From an uncultured Methanosarcinales archaeon (lineage in GTDB: Archaea > Nanobdellota > Nanobdellia > Woesearchaeales > CAYSVS01): a DNA stretch of 64,000 nucleotides. Positions 12,337-20,287 of this stretch are shown here, in pieces; position 1 is the stretch's first letter; every line of letters begins with the position of its first letter. The stretch is taken from assembly GCA_964589485.1 (NCBI GenBank), contig CAZPRK010000005.1, forward strand, positions 1 to 64,000. The letters run 5' to 3'. The notes beneath the pieces were generated by a model. That model was not told the DNA's origin and made no database searches. It saw only the letters and a program-made list of their open reading frames with translations. The position numbers and the translations under genes were made by a program.

Positions 12337-13086
12337 CTACTTAATCTCCAAAACAACAGGGCAGTGATCACTTCCCATTACTTCAGAAAGAATTTCTGAC
12401 TTTTTAACATTAGAAATAAAACTTTCACTTACTCCAAAGTAATCTATACGCCAACCAATATTTTTTTTCCTTGCAGAAAACATATAACTCCACCAAGTAT
12501 AATGTCCTTCTTCTTTATTAAAATGCCTAAATGTGTCGATAAATCCAGAGTCAAGTAAAGTTGTAAATCCTTCTCTTTCTTCATTAGTAAACCCTGCATT
12601 ACCTACATTATTTTTAGGTCTAGCTAAATCAATCTCATTATGTGCAACATTTAAATCCCCACAAAATATAACAGGTTTTCTTTTTTCTAAATTTTTCAAA
12701 AAATTTCTAAACGCTATATCCCAACCTTGTCTATATTTTAATCTTAATAACTCTCTTCCTACATTTGGAGTATATACATTAACTAAAAAGAAATCATCAA
12801 ATTCTAAAGTAACAACTCTTCCTTCAGTATCATGTTCTTTTATTCCAATTCCTAATTCTGATGATAAAGGTTTTTTCTTAGTAAAAATTACTGTTCCGCT
12901 GTAACCTTTTTTTTCTGCACTATTCCAGTAATGTTTATAATCTGATAAAATTTCATCTACTTGCTCGGGATGAGCTTTTGTTTCTTGTAAACAAAGAATA
13001 TCGGGGTTTTCTTTCTTAACAAAGTCAAGCAAACCTTTATTTAACACTGCTCTTATACCATTTACATTCCAAGATATAATTTTCAT
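12337..13086 (-). CDS. xth: exodeoxyribonuclease III / AP endonuclease
   Basis: SWNVNGIRA, LQETK, GYSGT, GDLNVAH, GWRIDY, SDHCP. Confidence 0.95.
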   Translation of the reverse strand: MKIISWNVNGIRAVLNKGLLDFVKKENPDILCLQETKAHPEQVDEILSDYKHYWNSAEKKGYSGTVIFTKKKPLSSELGIGIKEHDTEGRVVTLEFDDFFLVNVYTPNVGRELLRLKYRQGWDIAFRNFLKNLEKRKPVIFCGDLNVAHNEIDLARPKNNVGNAGFTNEEREGFTTLLDSGFIDTFRHFNKEEGHYTWWSYMFSARKKNIGWRIDYFGVSESFISNVKKSEILSEVMGSDHCPVVLEIK

Positions 13087-13136
13087 AAATAAAAAAGAAT
13101 AAAGGTGTTATTTATAGTTTTCCGTTTAAACAGAAT

Positions 13137-13712
13137 TCATATCTTCCCTTTCAACTTCAAATCCAAAATTAAATCTTCAATTTTCTTTAAATCGTATTTA
13201 ATACCATCAAACTTCCTACGAAATTCACTTTCTCTAAAATCAAAGTTACTCAATTCAACATATATCCCTTCAATAGCATCACGAATTTTAACAACTGAAG
13301 AAAATTTTCCTTTAGTTGAATTTAAAACAGCCTTTCTCATTAATTCCCCTGTTAAATCCAATACTCCTAACAAATAATAATCAGTATTAACATTCAATTC
13401 TTTCCGAGTTAAAACTTTTTCTTCATTAATATAACCATAATAAAGTAAAGCTTCAACATATTCCATTACTGCAGCTTTATAACTTCCTTGATAGTATAAT
13501 TTATTATTTTTACTAACTAATTTATCTAAGATAGATTGAGCTTTTTTAATTTCATCTAAAAATTTAGAAGCATCCTCATCTCTATGTAAAGCATTAATTA
13601 ATTGTTTAGATAACCGAATAACATCTCTTGATTTTTTAATTAATTCTTCACGTAACAAATCAAAGTCATCAAAATCTTTTAACATTCCTTTAAAATCATT
13701 TTTATTAATCAT
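13137..13712 (-). CDS. translin/Trax (C3PO-like) family protein
   Basis: RE.LIK.SRD, EYVEA and YLLGVLDLTGELMR motifs. Confidence 0.85.
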   Translation of the reverse strand: MINKNDFKGMLKDFDDFDLLREELIKKSRDVIRLSKQLINALHRDEDASKFLDEIKKAQSILDKLVSKNNKLYYQGSYKAAVMEYVEALLYYGYINEEKVLTRKELNVNTDYYLLGVLDLTGELMRKAVLNSTKGKFSSVVKIRDAIEGIYVELSNFDFRESEFRRKFDGIKYDLKKIEDLILDLKLKGKI

Positions 13713-14200
13713 TTTTTCTCAAATAGCCCCACTAACAATGCTTGATCAAGAATATGATCTTCCATTGCTTTTTCCACATCAATTTTTTTAGAATCTTCAG
13801 AAATATCTAACATTACATCTAAAGCATATAATTTAAACATATACCTATGTTTGCCACTCGGAGGACATGGTCCTCCATATTTATGTTGTCCGAAATCATT
13901 CAAACCTTGAACTCCGGGAACATGATCTTCTTCAATTTCTTTCACTAAAGGAATATTCCACATAACCCAATGATCCCATGTTTTTCCTGGTGCATCTGGG
14001 TCATCTATAACTAAAACTAAACTTTTTGCACCTTCAGGAATATTTTCAATTTCAAAAGGTGGACTTACATCTAATCCTTGACATGTATACTTACTTGGAA
14101 TAATTCCATTATTATCAAATGCTGAACTTTTTAAATTAATTTTGACCACCTCGTCTGTACAACCTATTAATAAAATTAAAAAAATAAACAATAGTCGCAT
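13709..14200 (-). CDS. YbhB/YbcL (PEBP) family protein, probable lipoprotein
   Basis: DDPDAP, HWV, YGGPCPPSGKHRY; LIGC lipobox-like N-terminus. Confidence 0.9.
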   Translation of the reverse strand: MRLLFIFLILLIGCTDEVVKINLKSSAFDNNGIIPSKYTCQGLDVSPPFEIENIPEGAKSLVLVIDDPDAPGKTWDHWVMWNIPLVKEIEEDHVPGVQGLNDFGQHKYGGPCPPSGKHRYMFKLYALDVMLDISEDSKKIDVEKAMEDHILDQALLVGLFEKK

Positions 14201-14236
14201 TAAGAAATTTAAATATAAACTTAAATAAAAAGGTTT

Positions 14237-14830
14237 CTATCTACTTGCGTCAGCTTGTCTTTCAAGCTCATTCTTTTTTGCAATTGCTGCAGATATAGGT
14301 TGTTGATTAAATGCTGCAAGAATTTCATCAGCTAAAGCAACTTCAATACTTTTTTTGCTGCTAAAAGCTTTTTGATAAGCAGATTGAGTAAATAATCTTA
14401 ATGTTAAATCAACTCTTCTTTGTGGTGCACATTCAACAGCTTTAGGATATCTTGCTCCACCATATTCGATTGCAATAACTTCTTCCCTAGGAGCTGCATT
14501 TTCTAAAGCTTTTACAAAAACTTTAATAGGATTTTCTTTTGCTTTTTGTTCAATTATTTTAAAAGCTTCAAAAACAATTTTATAAGCATTATTTCCTTTC
14601 CCTGTAATATGATAAGAAGTTTTAAAATGTTTTTTTGATTTATGTCCAGGACACATTATTTTATTAATTAATCTTTCAACTATGAATACTTTTGATTTAT
14701 GAAATGATTTACCAGCATATCTTGCACCAGTTCTAGGAACTATTGTAGGTTCTAAAGTAATATAATTTTTTAACCCAGCTTCTTTAACTTCCAAGTCATC
14801 CATTGGCCATTTTCCAAATACTTCAATCAT
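14237..14830 (-). CDS. rps7: 30S ribosomal protein uS7
   Basis: [30 protein letters not shown]. Confidence 0.95.
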   Translation of the reverse strand: MIEVFGKWPMDDLEVKEAGLKNYITLEPTIVPRTGARYAGKSFHKSKVFIVERLINKIMCPGHKSKKHFKTSYHITGKGNNAYKIVFEAFKIIEQKAKENPIKVFVKALENAAPREEVIAIEYGGARYPKAVECAPQRRVDLTLRLFTQSAYQKAFSSKKSIEVALADEILAAFNQQPISAAIAKKNELERQADASR

Positions 14831-15267
14831 TTTCTTGCCTTCTCTACTTTTCCGCTCCTTAGAGCTTTTAAACTTTGATCATTAACTTTGATAACTTGCC
14901 ATCTAATTCCTGACAAATCTCCTTTACTTTTACCGTGGTTTTTTCCACCAATACATTCAATTACAACTTCATCGTGCTCATCGATTAACTTTTGAGCTCC
15001 ATCACCTGGCATAAATGCAGAAATTTGTTTTCCATTTTTAACTAACTGAACTCTGCAACATTTCCTCATTGCCGAGTTTGGTTGTTTTGCTTCAATTTGA
15101 ACTTTTTCTAGAACAATTCCTTTTGCTTGAGATGATCCCTTTAAAGGATCCGCTTTTTTCTTCAAACCTAATGCTTTTCTAACATATAGTTTACTTTTCC
15201 ACTTAGCACTAGCTCTTCTATTGCTAAGTTTTGTACCAGCATTTAATCCTCTTGCTTTCTTTGCCAT
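14827..15267 (-). CDS. rps12: 30S ribosomal protein uS12
   Basis: [27 protein letters not shown]. Confidence 0.96.
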   Translation of the reverse strand: MAKKARGLNAGTKLSNRRASAKWKSKLYVRKALGLKKKADPLKGSSQAKGIVLEKVQIEAKQPNSAMRKCCRVQLVKNGKQISAFMPGDGAQKLIDEHDEVVIECIGGKNHGKSKGDLSGIRWQVIKVNDQSLKALRSGKVEKARK

Positions 15268-15353
15268 TGGTTTCGAAAAATCTCAGATTGTTTATAAATC
15301 TTTTTGTTTTATATAAATAAAATTTATATATAATCACCACCATATAGTATATA

Positions 15354-15770
15354 ATGAAGAAATATTTACTAATATTATTGGTTTTGGCCTTGGGTTGCCA
15401 AGAAGAAGTCCAAACAGTAGAAATAAATGAAATAATTCCAGAAAAAATTACAGTAATCGAAATAGAGGAACCTATAATAGAAAAAGAAATAATTCTACCA
15501 GAGTATGTAAACGTAGTTCTTAAATTAGGTAATTTTGATCAAGGATTTTTTGAACCTGAAGACGTTTATGTGAAAACAACACAAAAAGTTAAATGGATTA
15601 ATAATAATCAACAAGCATTTCAAATGGCATGTTATCAAGATGGGAAAAGAATATTTCTTGGAAATAGAGAACTTCCCGGAAGATCAAATGAATTTACATT
15701 TAATCAAATAGGTGAATATTTCTGTCAAGATATTCAGAATGAAGCAAGTCATAAAGTTTTTGTTGATTAA
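15354..15770 (+). CDS. predicted lipoprotein with cupredoxin-like fold
   Basis: LALGC lipobox; FEPEDVYVK...VKWIN...FTFNQIGEYFC pattern. Confidence 0.6.
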   Translation: MKKYLLILLVLALGCQEEVQTVEINEIIPEKITVIEIEEPIIEKEIILPEYVNVVLKLGNFDQGFFEPEDVYVKTTQKVKWINNNQQAFQMACYQDGKRIFLGNRELPGRSNEFTFNQIGEYFCQDIQNEASHKVFVD

Positions 15771-16231
15771 TGTTTAAGTTTAGGAACACCAATTGAAGCT
15801 TGTTGATAAAAAGCAACTCCTAACGCTTTAAATGCGTTTCCTAATTCTCTTCCAATAGAACTTTTATCTCTAGTATTAATTGATTCTATTAAACTATAAA
15901 GAATAGTATCTAATTTACCTGAAGCAACTAATTTAAAATCTTGTGAACCTACTGCCATAAACAAATTATATTTTTCTTCATGTTCACAAATTTTATATGA
16001 AATAGAATTATATTTTCTTGGAATATTTACAAAAACATCTCCTTTATCATCTTTAAGCATATTTTTTTCTTCTACCTTTAACCCTTCAACATCTAAAAAA
16101 ACTCCTCTTTCTGTAGAACCAAAAGGACTCTTTCTAAGATAAGATTGTACATCTTGTATAGTTAGAGCATAACTTTGAGTTAAAGCTAATGTTCCAAAAG
16201 CAATATGTTTTACTATTTTATCTAAAGACAT
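15767..16231 (-). CDS. hypothetical protein
   Basis: 154-aa ORF with a TATA-like box upstream. Confidence 0.55.
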   Translation of the reverse strand: MSLDKIVKHIAFGTLALTQSYALTIQDVQSYLRKSPFGSTERGVFLDVEGLKVEEKNMLKDDKGDVFVNIPRKYNSISYKICEHEEKYNLFMAVGSQDFKLVASGKLDTILYSLIESINTRDKSSIGRELGNAFKALGVAFYQQASIGVPKLKH

Positions 16232-16304
16232 TACCTTGTAAAGGGCAGATTACTTATAAAATTAATCCCTGTTCAGTGAATAATAAATAAAGTGGAGAAG
16301 AAAA

Positions 16305-16405
16305 TAGCGAGGGGTGGATTTGAATTCGGCAACAGCTTCTCCATCTGTTTCCACCGACCTGAGGGTTATGAGCCCTCCGGGAACTCCTGACTTCCCTACC
16401 TCGCT
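16305..16405 (-). tRNA. tRNA-iMet(CAT) with 26-nt intron at 53/54 (16325-16350)
   Basis: Acceptor AGCGAGG/CCTCGCT (A1-U72), anticodon arm GAGGG-CTCATAA-CCCTC, T arm GGTGG[intron]TTCAAAT-CCACC; no encoded CCA. Confidence 0.92.
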
Positions 16406-16496
16406 AAATACGAGGGAATACTGGACGTTTATAAAAGTTATGATTAATTCAACTAAAAAACCAATATTTAAAAACAATGAAATATAAAATTATTAA

Positions 16497-17084
16497 ATGA
16501 AAGCAATCATATTCGATTTCGATGGAGTGATAGATGATTCTTTTGAATTCCATGTAAATAAAATAACAGAGTTTACTGGATTTAATCTATCTAAAAAAGA
16601 GTTAAGATACATTCATACAGGAAATTTCTTTGAAAAAGCTCCTAAAGAATTGCATGAAGTTAATTGGAAAGATTATAGAGATTATATTTTCAAGGAACAA
16701 ACTAATCAAGTAATCAATAAAAACATAAAACAAACGTTACTAGAATTACATCATAAATTTAATCTATTTATTATTAGTTCAGGCGGAACTAAAAATATTA
16801 AAAGTTATTTGACAAATAATGAAATAAATATATTCAAAGAGGTATTAGGGTTTGAAAAAATTAAATCCAAAGAAAGAAAATTTGAATTTATTTTCAAAAA
16901 ATATAGTTTAACACCAAAAGATTGTATTTTTGTTACAGACACTTTAGGAGACATAATAGAAGCTAATGATGTTAATGTAAAAACTATAGCAGTTGATTTT
17001 GGCTATCATAGTAGAACTGTATTAAGCAAAGGTAAACCTTTTGCTATAATTTCTGATTTAAATGAGATTAAAAAAATGGTGTAA
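16497..17084 (+). CDS. HAD family phosphatase
   Basis: IFDFDGVIDDS, ISS, K and FVTDTLGDI motifs. Confidence 0.9.
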   Translation: MKAIIFDFDGVIDDSFEFHVNKITEFTGFNLSKKELRYIHTGNFFEKAPKELHEVNWKDYRDYIFKEQTNQVINKNIKQTLLELHHKFNLFIISSGGTKNIKSYLTNNEINIFKEVLGFEKIKSKERKFEFIFKKYSLTPKDCIFVTDTLGDIIEANDVNVKTIAVDFGYHSRTVLSKGKPFAIISDLNEIKKMV

Positions 17085-17102
17085 AAAGGAGGAATGATTG
17101 AA

Positions 17103-17246
17103 ATGACAGGTTATGGAATGATGGGAAATCACATGGTAGGAATAGGACTTTTATGGTTGCTTAAAATTGCAGCAGTTGCGTTTATTTTCGGAGTTGTATT
17201 TTGGTGGACTAAACAATTAGTATACAACGAAAAAAGAAAGAAATGA
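17103..17246 (+). CDS. small membrane protein (47 aa, not in ORF track)
   Basis: MTGYGMMGNHMVGIGLLWLLKIAAVAFIFGVVFWWTKQLVYNEKRKK, with GGAGG at 17088-17092. Confidence 0.7.
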   Translation: MTGYGMMGNHMVGIGLLWLLKIAAVAFIFGVVFWWTKQLVYNEKRKK

Positions 17247-17349
17247 AATTATTTTCAAAAAGTATAGTTTAACACCAAAAAAAGGTGTTTTAATTACAGA
17301 ACTTTAGGTTATATAATCTAAGCCAATGATGTTTATGTTAAAACCATAA
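17245..17349 (+). pseudogene. decayed partial duplicate of the HAD gene segment 16883-16988
   Basis: ttattttcaaaaagtatagtttaacaccaaaa...actttagg...aatgatgtttatgttaaaaccata aligns to the upstream gene with substitutions and indels. Confidence 0.8.
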
Positions 17350-17374
17350 AAAAAAGAAACCTTTTTACAATGGT

Positions 17375-17986
17375 TTAATTATTCTTATTTATTGCTTCTT
17401 TTATAATTTTACCAAATGGAGTATCACCCAAAGTAGTTTGAGTTTCTCTAAAAAAATATTTATTAATTGTTTTTTTATCTATAGATTTATTGGCATTACA
17501 TTCTTTAATTAAATCTAAAGAAATATTATTAACAAAATGAAAATTTTCAACTCTTTTTCCTTTTTTTCTAACATATTTCACAAGATAAGAAAAATCACCA
17601 TCGCCACTTATTAATATTGCAGTATCAAATTTATTTTCATATGCATCTCTCAACATATCAATAGCTAAATGAATGTCATCACCTTTTATCGTAAATGTTT
17701 CATTTCCTTCTTTTGTTGTTCTTCTTTGTCTTTTACATAAAATAATTGTTAAATGTTCAATTTTCCTTAATCTTTCAAAAAATAATTGTTGTTGTTTAAA
17801 TAGTTCAGGATCTTTATTTTTTTTCAAAGAAGCATTATAATAATAAATATCAATAAGTTGATTTTTACCAATATAATCTTTTATAAATCTTTCAAAATCA
17901 AATTTGAAATCAGTATATCTTTTATTTATAGATCTTACACCGTAATGAAAATTTGCTCCATCAATAAATACAGATATTCTTGTCAT
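17375..17986 (-). CDS. NYN domain (LabA/DUF88, PIN-like) ribonuclease
   Basis: VFIDGANF, YYY, KGDDIHLAIDML, AILISGDGDF. Confidence 0.92.
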   Translation of the reverse strand: MTRISVFIDGANFHYGVRSINKRYTDFKFDFERFIKDYIGKNQLIDIYYYNASLKKNKDPELFKQQQLFFERLRKIEHLTIILCKRQRRTTKEGNETFTIKGDDIHLAIDMLRDAYENKFDTAILISGDGDFSYLVKYVRKKGKRVENFHFVNNISLDLIKECNANKSIDKKTINKYFFRETQTTLGDTPFGKIIKEAINKNN

Positions 17987-17994
17987 TTTTAAAG

Positions 17995-18090
17995 AAAGTA
18001 CCTACCTTTGCTAAGCAAAGATAGGGGACACTTTTGCAGTATTCTGCAAAGCAGATTCGATCCGAAGATCCAGCACTACCTGATGCTATA
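17995..18090 (-). ncRNA. candidate structured 5' leader RNA (four tandem hairpins) of the NYN gene
   Basis: Minus strand: AGCAT-CAGGTA-GTGCT, GATC-TTCG-GATC, TTTGCAG-AATA-CTGCAAA, CCTATCTTTGC-TTA-GCAAAGGTAGG; TTTAAATA box at 18110-18117. Confidence 0.65.
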
Positions 18091-18202
18091 TGTTTATTAG
18101 ATTAGATTATATTTAAATATTTCCCTAAATAAGTTATAACTAATAATTAGTAACTACTTAAATTTCATTATTAAATTAATTTAATAAAAAAACACCTAAT
18201 CT

Positions 18203-18541
18203 TCAATCTGTTCCAAATAAATCATGTGTCTTTGTACCAAAAAGAGTAGAATATTGGTGTTTTTGATTTGCATCTTGCTCATGAACAACAACATAATTAT
18301 CTAATACAATCTCTAGTTTTTTTAACCCATCTTTATCTTTTCCTGCATAATTAATAATAAAAGGTTCATTTTTATCTACTACAAGCAAATCCTTTCCTTC
18401 TCTACCAATTATAACTTGCGTATCTAATTTTGATAAACCTGAATGTGCAAAGGTTCGGTAATGATCAGCTATAAAAAAAGTTCCCACTCCTACGCTCGCA
18501 AGAAGCGCTCCATAAGATAAACGATTAATTAAACTCCCCAT
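18203..18541 (-). CDS. hypothetical membrane-anchored protein, possibly truncated
   Basis: N-terminal hydrophobic helix followed by a beta-rich segment. Confidence 0.55.
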   Translation of the reverse strand: MGSLINRLSYGALLASVGVGTFFIADHYRTFAHSGLSKLDTQVIIGREGKDLLVVDKNEPFIINYAGKDKDGLKKLEIVLDNYVVVHEQDANQKHQYSTLFGTKTHDLFGTD

Positions 18542-18584
18542 ATAAATTTAAAAAAATAGAACGTTTAAAAAGTTTTGGAATTAA

Positions 18585-18627
18585 AAAACGCCTAGGAAGA
18601 TAAAGGTTAAGTTTATTGACTTAAATA
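18585..18627. repeat. repeat copy 1: decayed tRNA-Ser 3' end plus 34-bp element with inverted repeat
   Basis: aaaacgcc-t-aggaagataaaggttaagtttattgacttaaata; 33/34 identical to 19384-19417. Confidence 0.85.
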
Positions 18628-18683
18628 AGCTATTTCTAAATAGATGGAATGATTTATAAATAATTATATAACAACACCAATAA

Positions 18684-19334
18684 ATGACAAATAAAGAAAT
18701 AAGTGACGAAAAATTAGCAAAAATATATCATAGAGAAATGAAAGATAGAAATTTCGTTACAGTTGGAATGATTGGTGCCGCTCATAGTATCAGAGAGGAA
18801 TATGATGATGCAGAAAAGTACCTTAAAGAATCTTTAGAATTACTACCTGATAACCCACTTAGTATTCAGGACCTTGCTGAAGTTTACTTTCAAAAAGGTG
18901 ATTTAGAAAAAGCAATTGAATTAACAGAAGAATTAGCACAGAGTGATCCTAAAAAAAATAGCTTCAAAGTTACATTAGGTAGATACTACGCAAAAGCAGG
19001 AAGACTAGAAGACGCTGTCAATCAATATGAACAAGTAGTTTTTGATGATTTCAATATGTCAAGCGAAGTTAAATATTCTGTAATCATTCATACAGCTTAT
19101 AAAAGAAGTAACAATTTTCAAGAATTTGTAAGCGAATTTAAAAACATTAAAGCATTGGGTGATTTTGTTATAGGTGTTTTAAGAGTTGATAGAAGAGAAG
19201 AAAAGCAAGCTTTTTTTGAATTAAATAAGTTATATGAAGAGAATGGAAAATCCAACTTTCCGATACTAAAGGCATATCTAAAGCATAGCTTTTTGAGTAT
19301 AATTGAAGAATTACGTTTTAAATTAAAGATATAA
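18684..19334 (+). CDS. tetratricopeptide repeat protein
   Basis: TPR-like A..Y...G..E.A patterns (LAEVYFQKGDLEKAI, LGRYYAKAGRLEDAV). Confidence 0.8.
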   Translation: MTNKEISDEKLAKIYHREMKDRNFVTVGMIGAAHSIREEYDDAEKYLKESLELLPDNPLSIQDLAEVYFQKGDLEKAIELTEELAQSDPKKNSFKVTLGRYYAKAGRLEDAVNQYEQVVFDDFNMSSEVKYSVIIHTAYKRSNNFQEFVSEFKNIKALGDFVIGVLRVDRREEKQAFFELNKLYEENGKSNFPILKAYLKHSFLSIIEELRFKLKI

Positions 19335-19368
19335 ATTCTCACCAACATAAACTTCAAACAATAAATAT

Positions 19369-19417
19369 ATAAAACGCCAAGGGAGGAAGATAAACGTTAA
19401 GTTTATTGACTTAAATA
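19369..19417. repeat. repeat copy 2: tRNA-Ser 3' end duplicate plus 34-bp element
   Basis: ataaaacgccaagggagg matches 20077-20094 at 17/18 and runs into aagataaacgttaagtttattgacttaaata. Confidence 0.88.
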
Positions 19418-19533
19418 GCCTTACTTGTTATATAACTTATACTCGTAGAAAGTATATAATTTTTTCGGTTTTGTGTGAGAAAAAAGGACAGATTTATATT
19501 AACCAAACCAATAATGTTTTTCATGAAAAAAAA

Positions 19534-20022
19534 TTATTTTTGATATTTTTTAATATCTACCTTTAAATCATTTGGACCAAACCCAAGTGGAAGAAGTTCT
19601 GCAATAGTTGTTATAGCTATTTTATCCATTGTACTTGTTGCCATAATTATTTCTAAATCTGTACCTGAAACTTGAGAAGACTCGTATAACATTTGTCTAC
19701 AAGGTCCACATGGAGCAGTAACTCTACTTGTGCTGAAATCTTTTCCTTTAGCAATTATTGCAGCTCTATAAAATTGTCTTATTTCCATAGAATTCGCTCT
19801 TACTATTGCTGATCTTTCAGCACATATTGTAGGACCAAAAGCTGCATTTTCTACATTGGATCCTGTAATTATTTGCCCATCTTGTGATAAAAGAGAAGCC
19901 CCAACTGAAAAATTAGAATATGGGTTATAAGCTTTTTCCATTGCATTTACTGCTTCATCAAGTAACCTTTTTTGTATATCTTCTAATTTTTCAAATGTTA
20001 CATACTTTATATCCGCTGGCAT
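19534..20022 (-). CDS. cdd: cytidine deaminase (homotetrameric type)
   Basis: AYNPYSNFSVGA, GSNVENA, ICAERSA, PCGPCRQ, LLPLGF. Confidence 0.93.
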   Translation of the reverse strand: MPADIKYVTFEKLEDIQKRLLDEAVNAMEKAYNPYSNFSVGASLLSQDGQIITGSNVENAAFGPTICAERSAIVRANSMEIRQFYRAAIIAKGKDFSTSRVTAPCGPCRQMLYESSQVSGTDLEIIMATSTMDKIAITTIAELLPLGFGPNDLKVDIKKYQK

Positions 20023-20082
20023 AAAATAAGAAATAATGGAAAGCTTTTAAAGATTATTATAAAATAGTTTTAGAAAATAAAA

Positions 20083-20207
20083 CGCCGAGGGAGGGACTTG
20101 AACCCTCGTGCCCCGAAGGACAGTAGATCTTTGTGGACCATTGTAAGTTTCTAATGAACTAAAGTTCATAGCAATCTACCGCAATGGCCAGACTATGCGA
20201 CCTCGGC
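20083..20207 (-). tRNA. tRNA-Ser(GCT) with ~40-nt anticodon-loop intron (20129-20168)
   Basis: Acceptor GCCGAGG/CCTCGGC, G73, anticodon stem GTAGA/TCTAC, long variable arm, T arm GAGGG-TTCAAGT-CCCTC. Confidence 0.92.
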
Positions 20208-20287
20208 ATAGTAAATAGGATTTCTACCTTGTTTTTAAAAGTTTCTGTAAGAAAAGCTTATAAATTAAGATAATAATAAAATCAACA

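Noticed and set aside
15354..15770. Blue copper protein
   Set aside because: The fold pattern is cupredoxin-like but the canonical His...Cys-x-x-His-x-Met ligand set is not evident.
16262..16477. 71-aa ORF in the track
   Set aside because: Overlaps the tRNA-iMet gene; spurious.
18585..19417. The 34-bp repeat as a CRISPR repeat or the chromosomal dif site
   Set aside because: Only two copies ~790 bp apart with a gene between them. The dyad is only 6 bp per arm and is attached to tRNA-end remnants, which fits att-like sites better.
16300..20210. Intact provirus or transposon between the two tRNAs
   Set aside because: No integrase, transposase, replication or capsid gene is recognisable.
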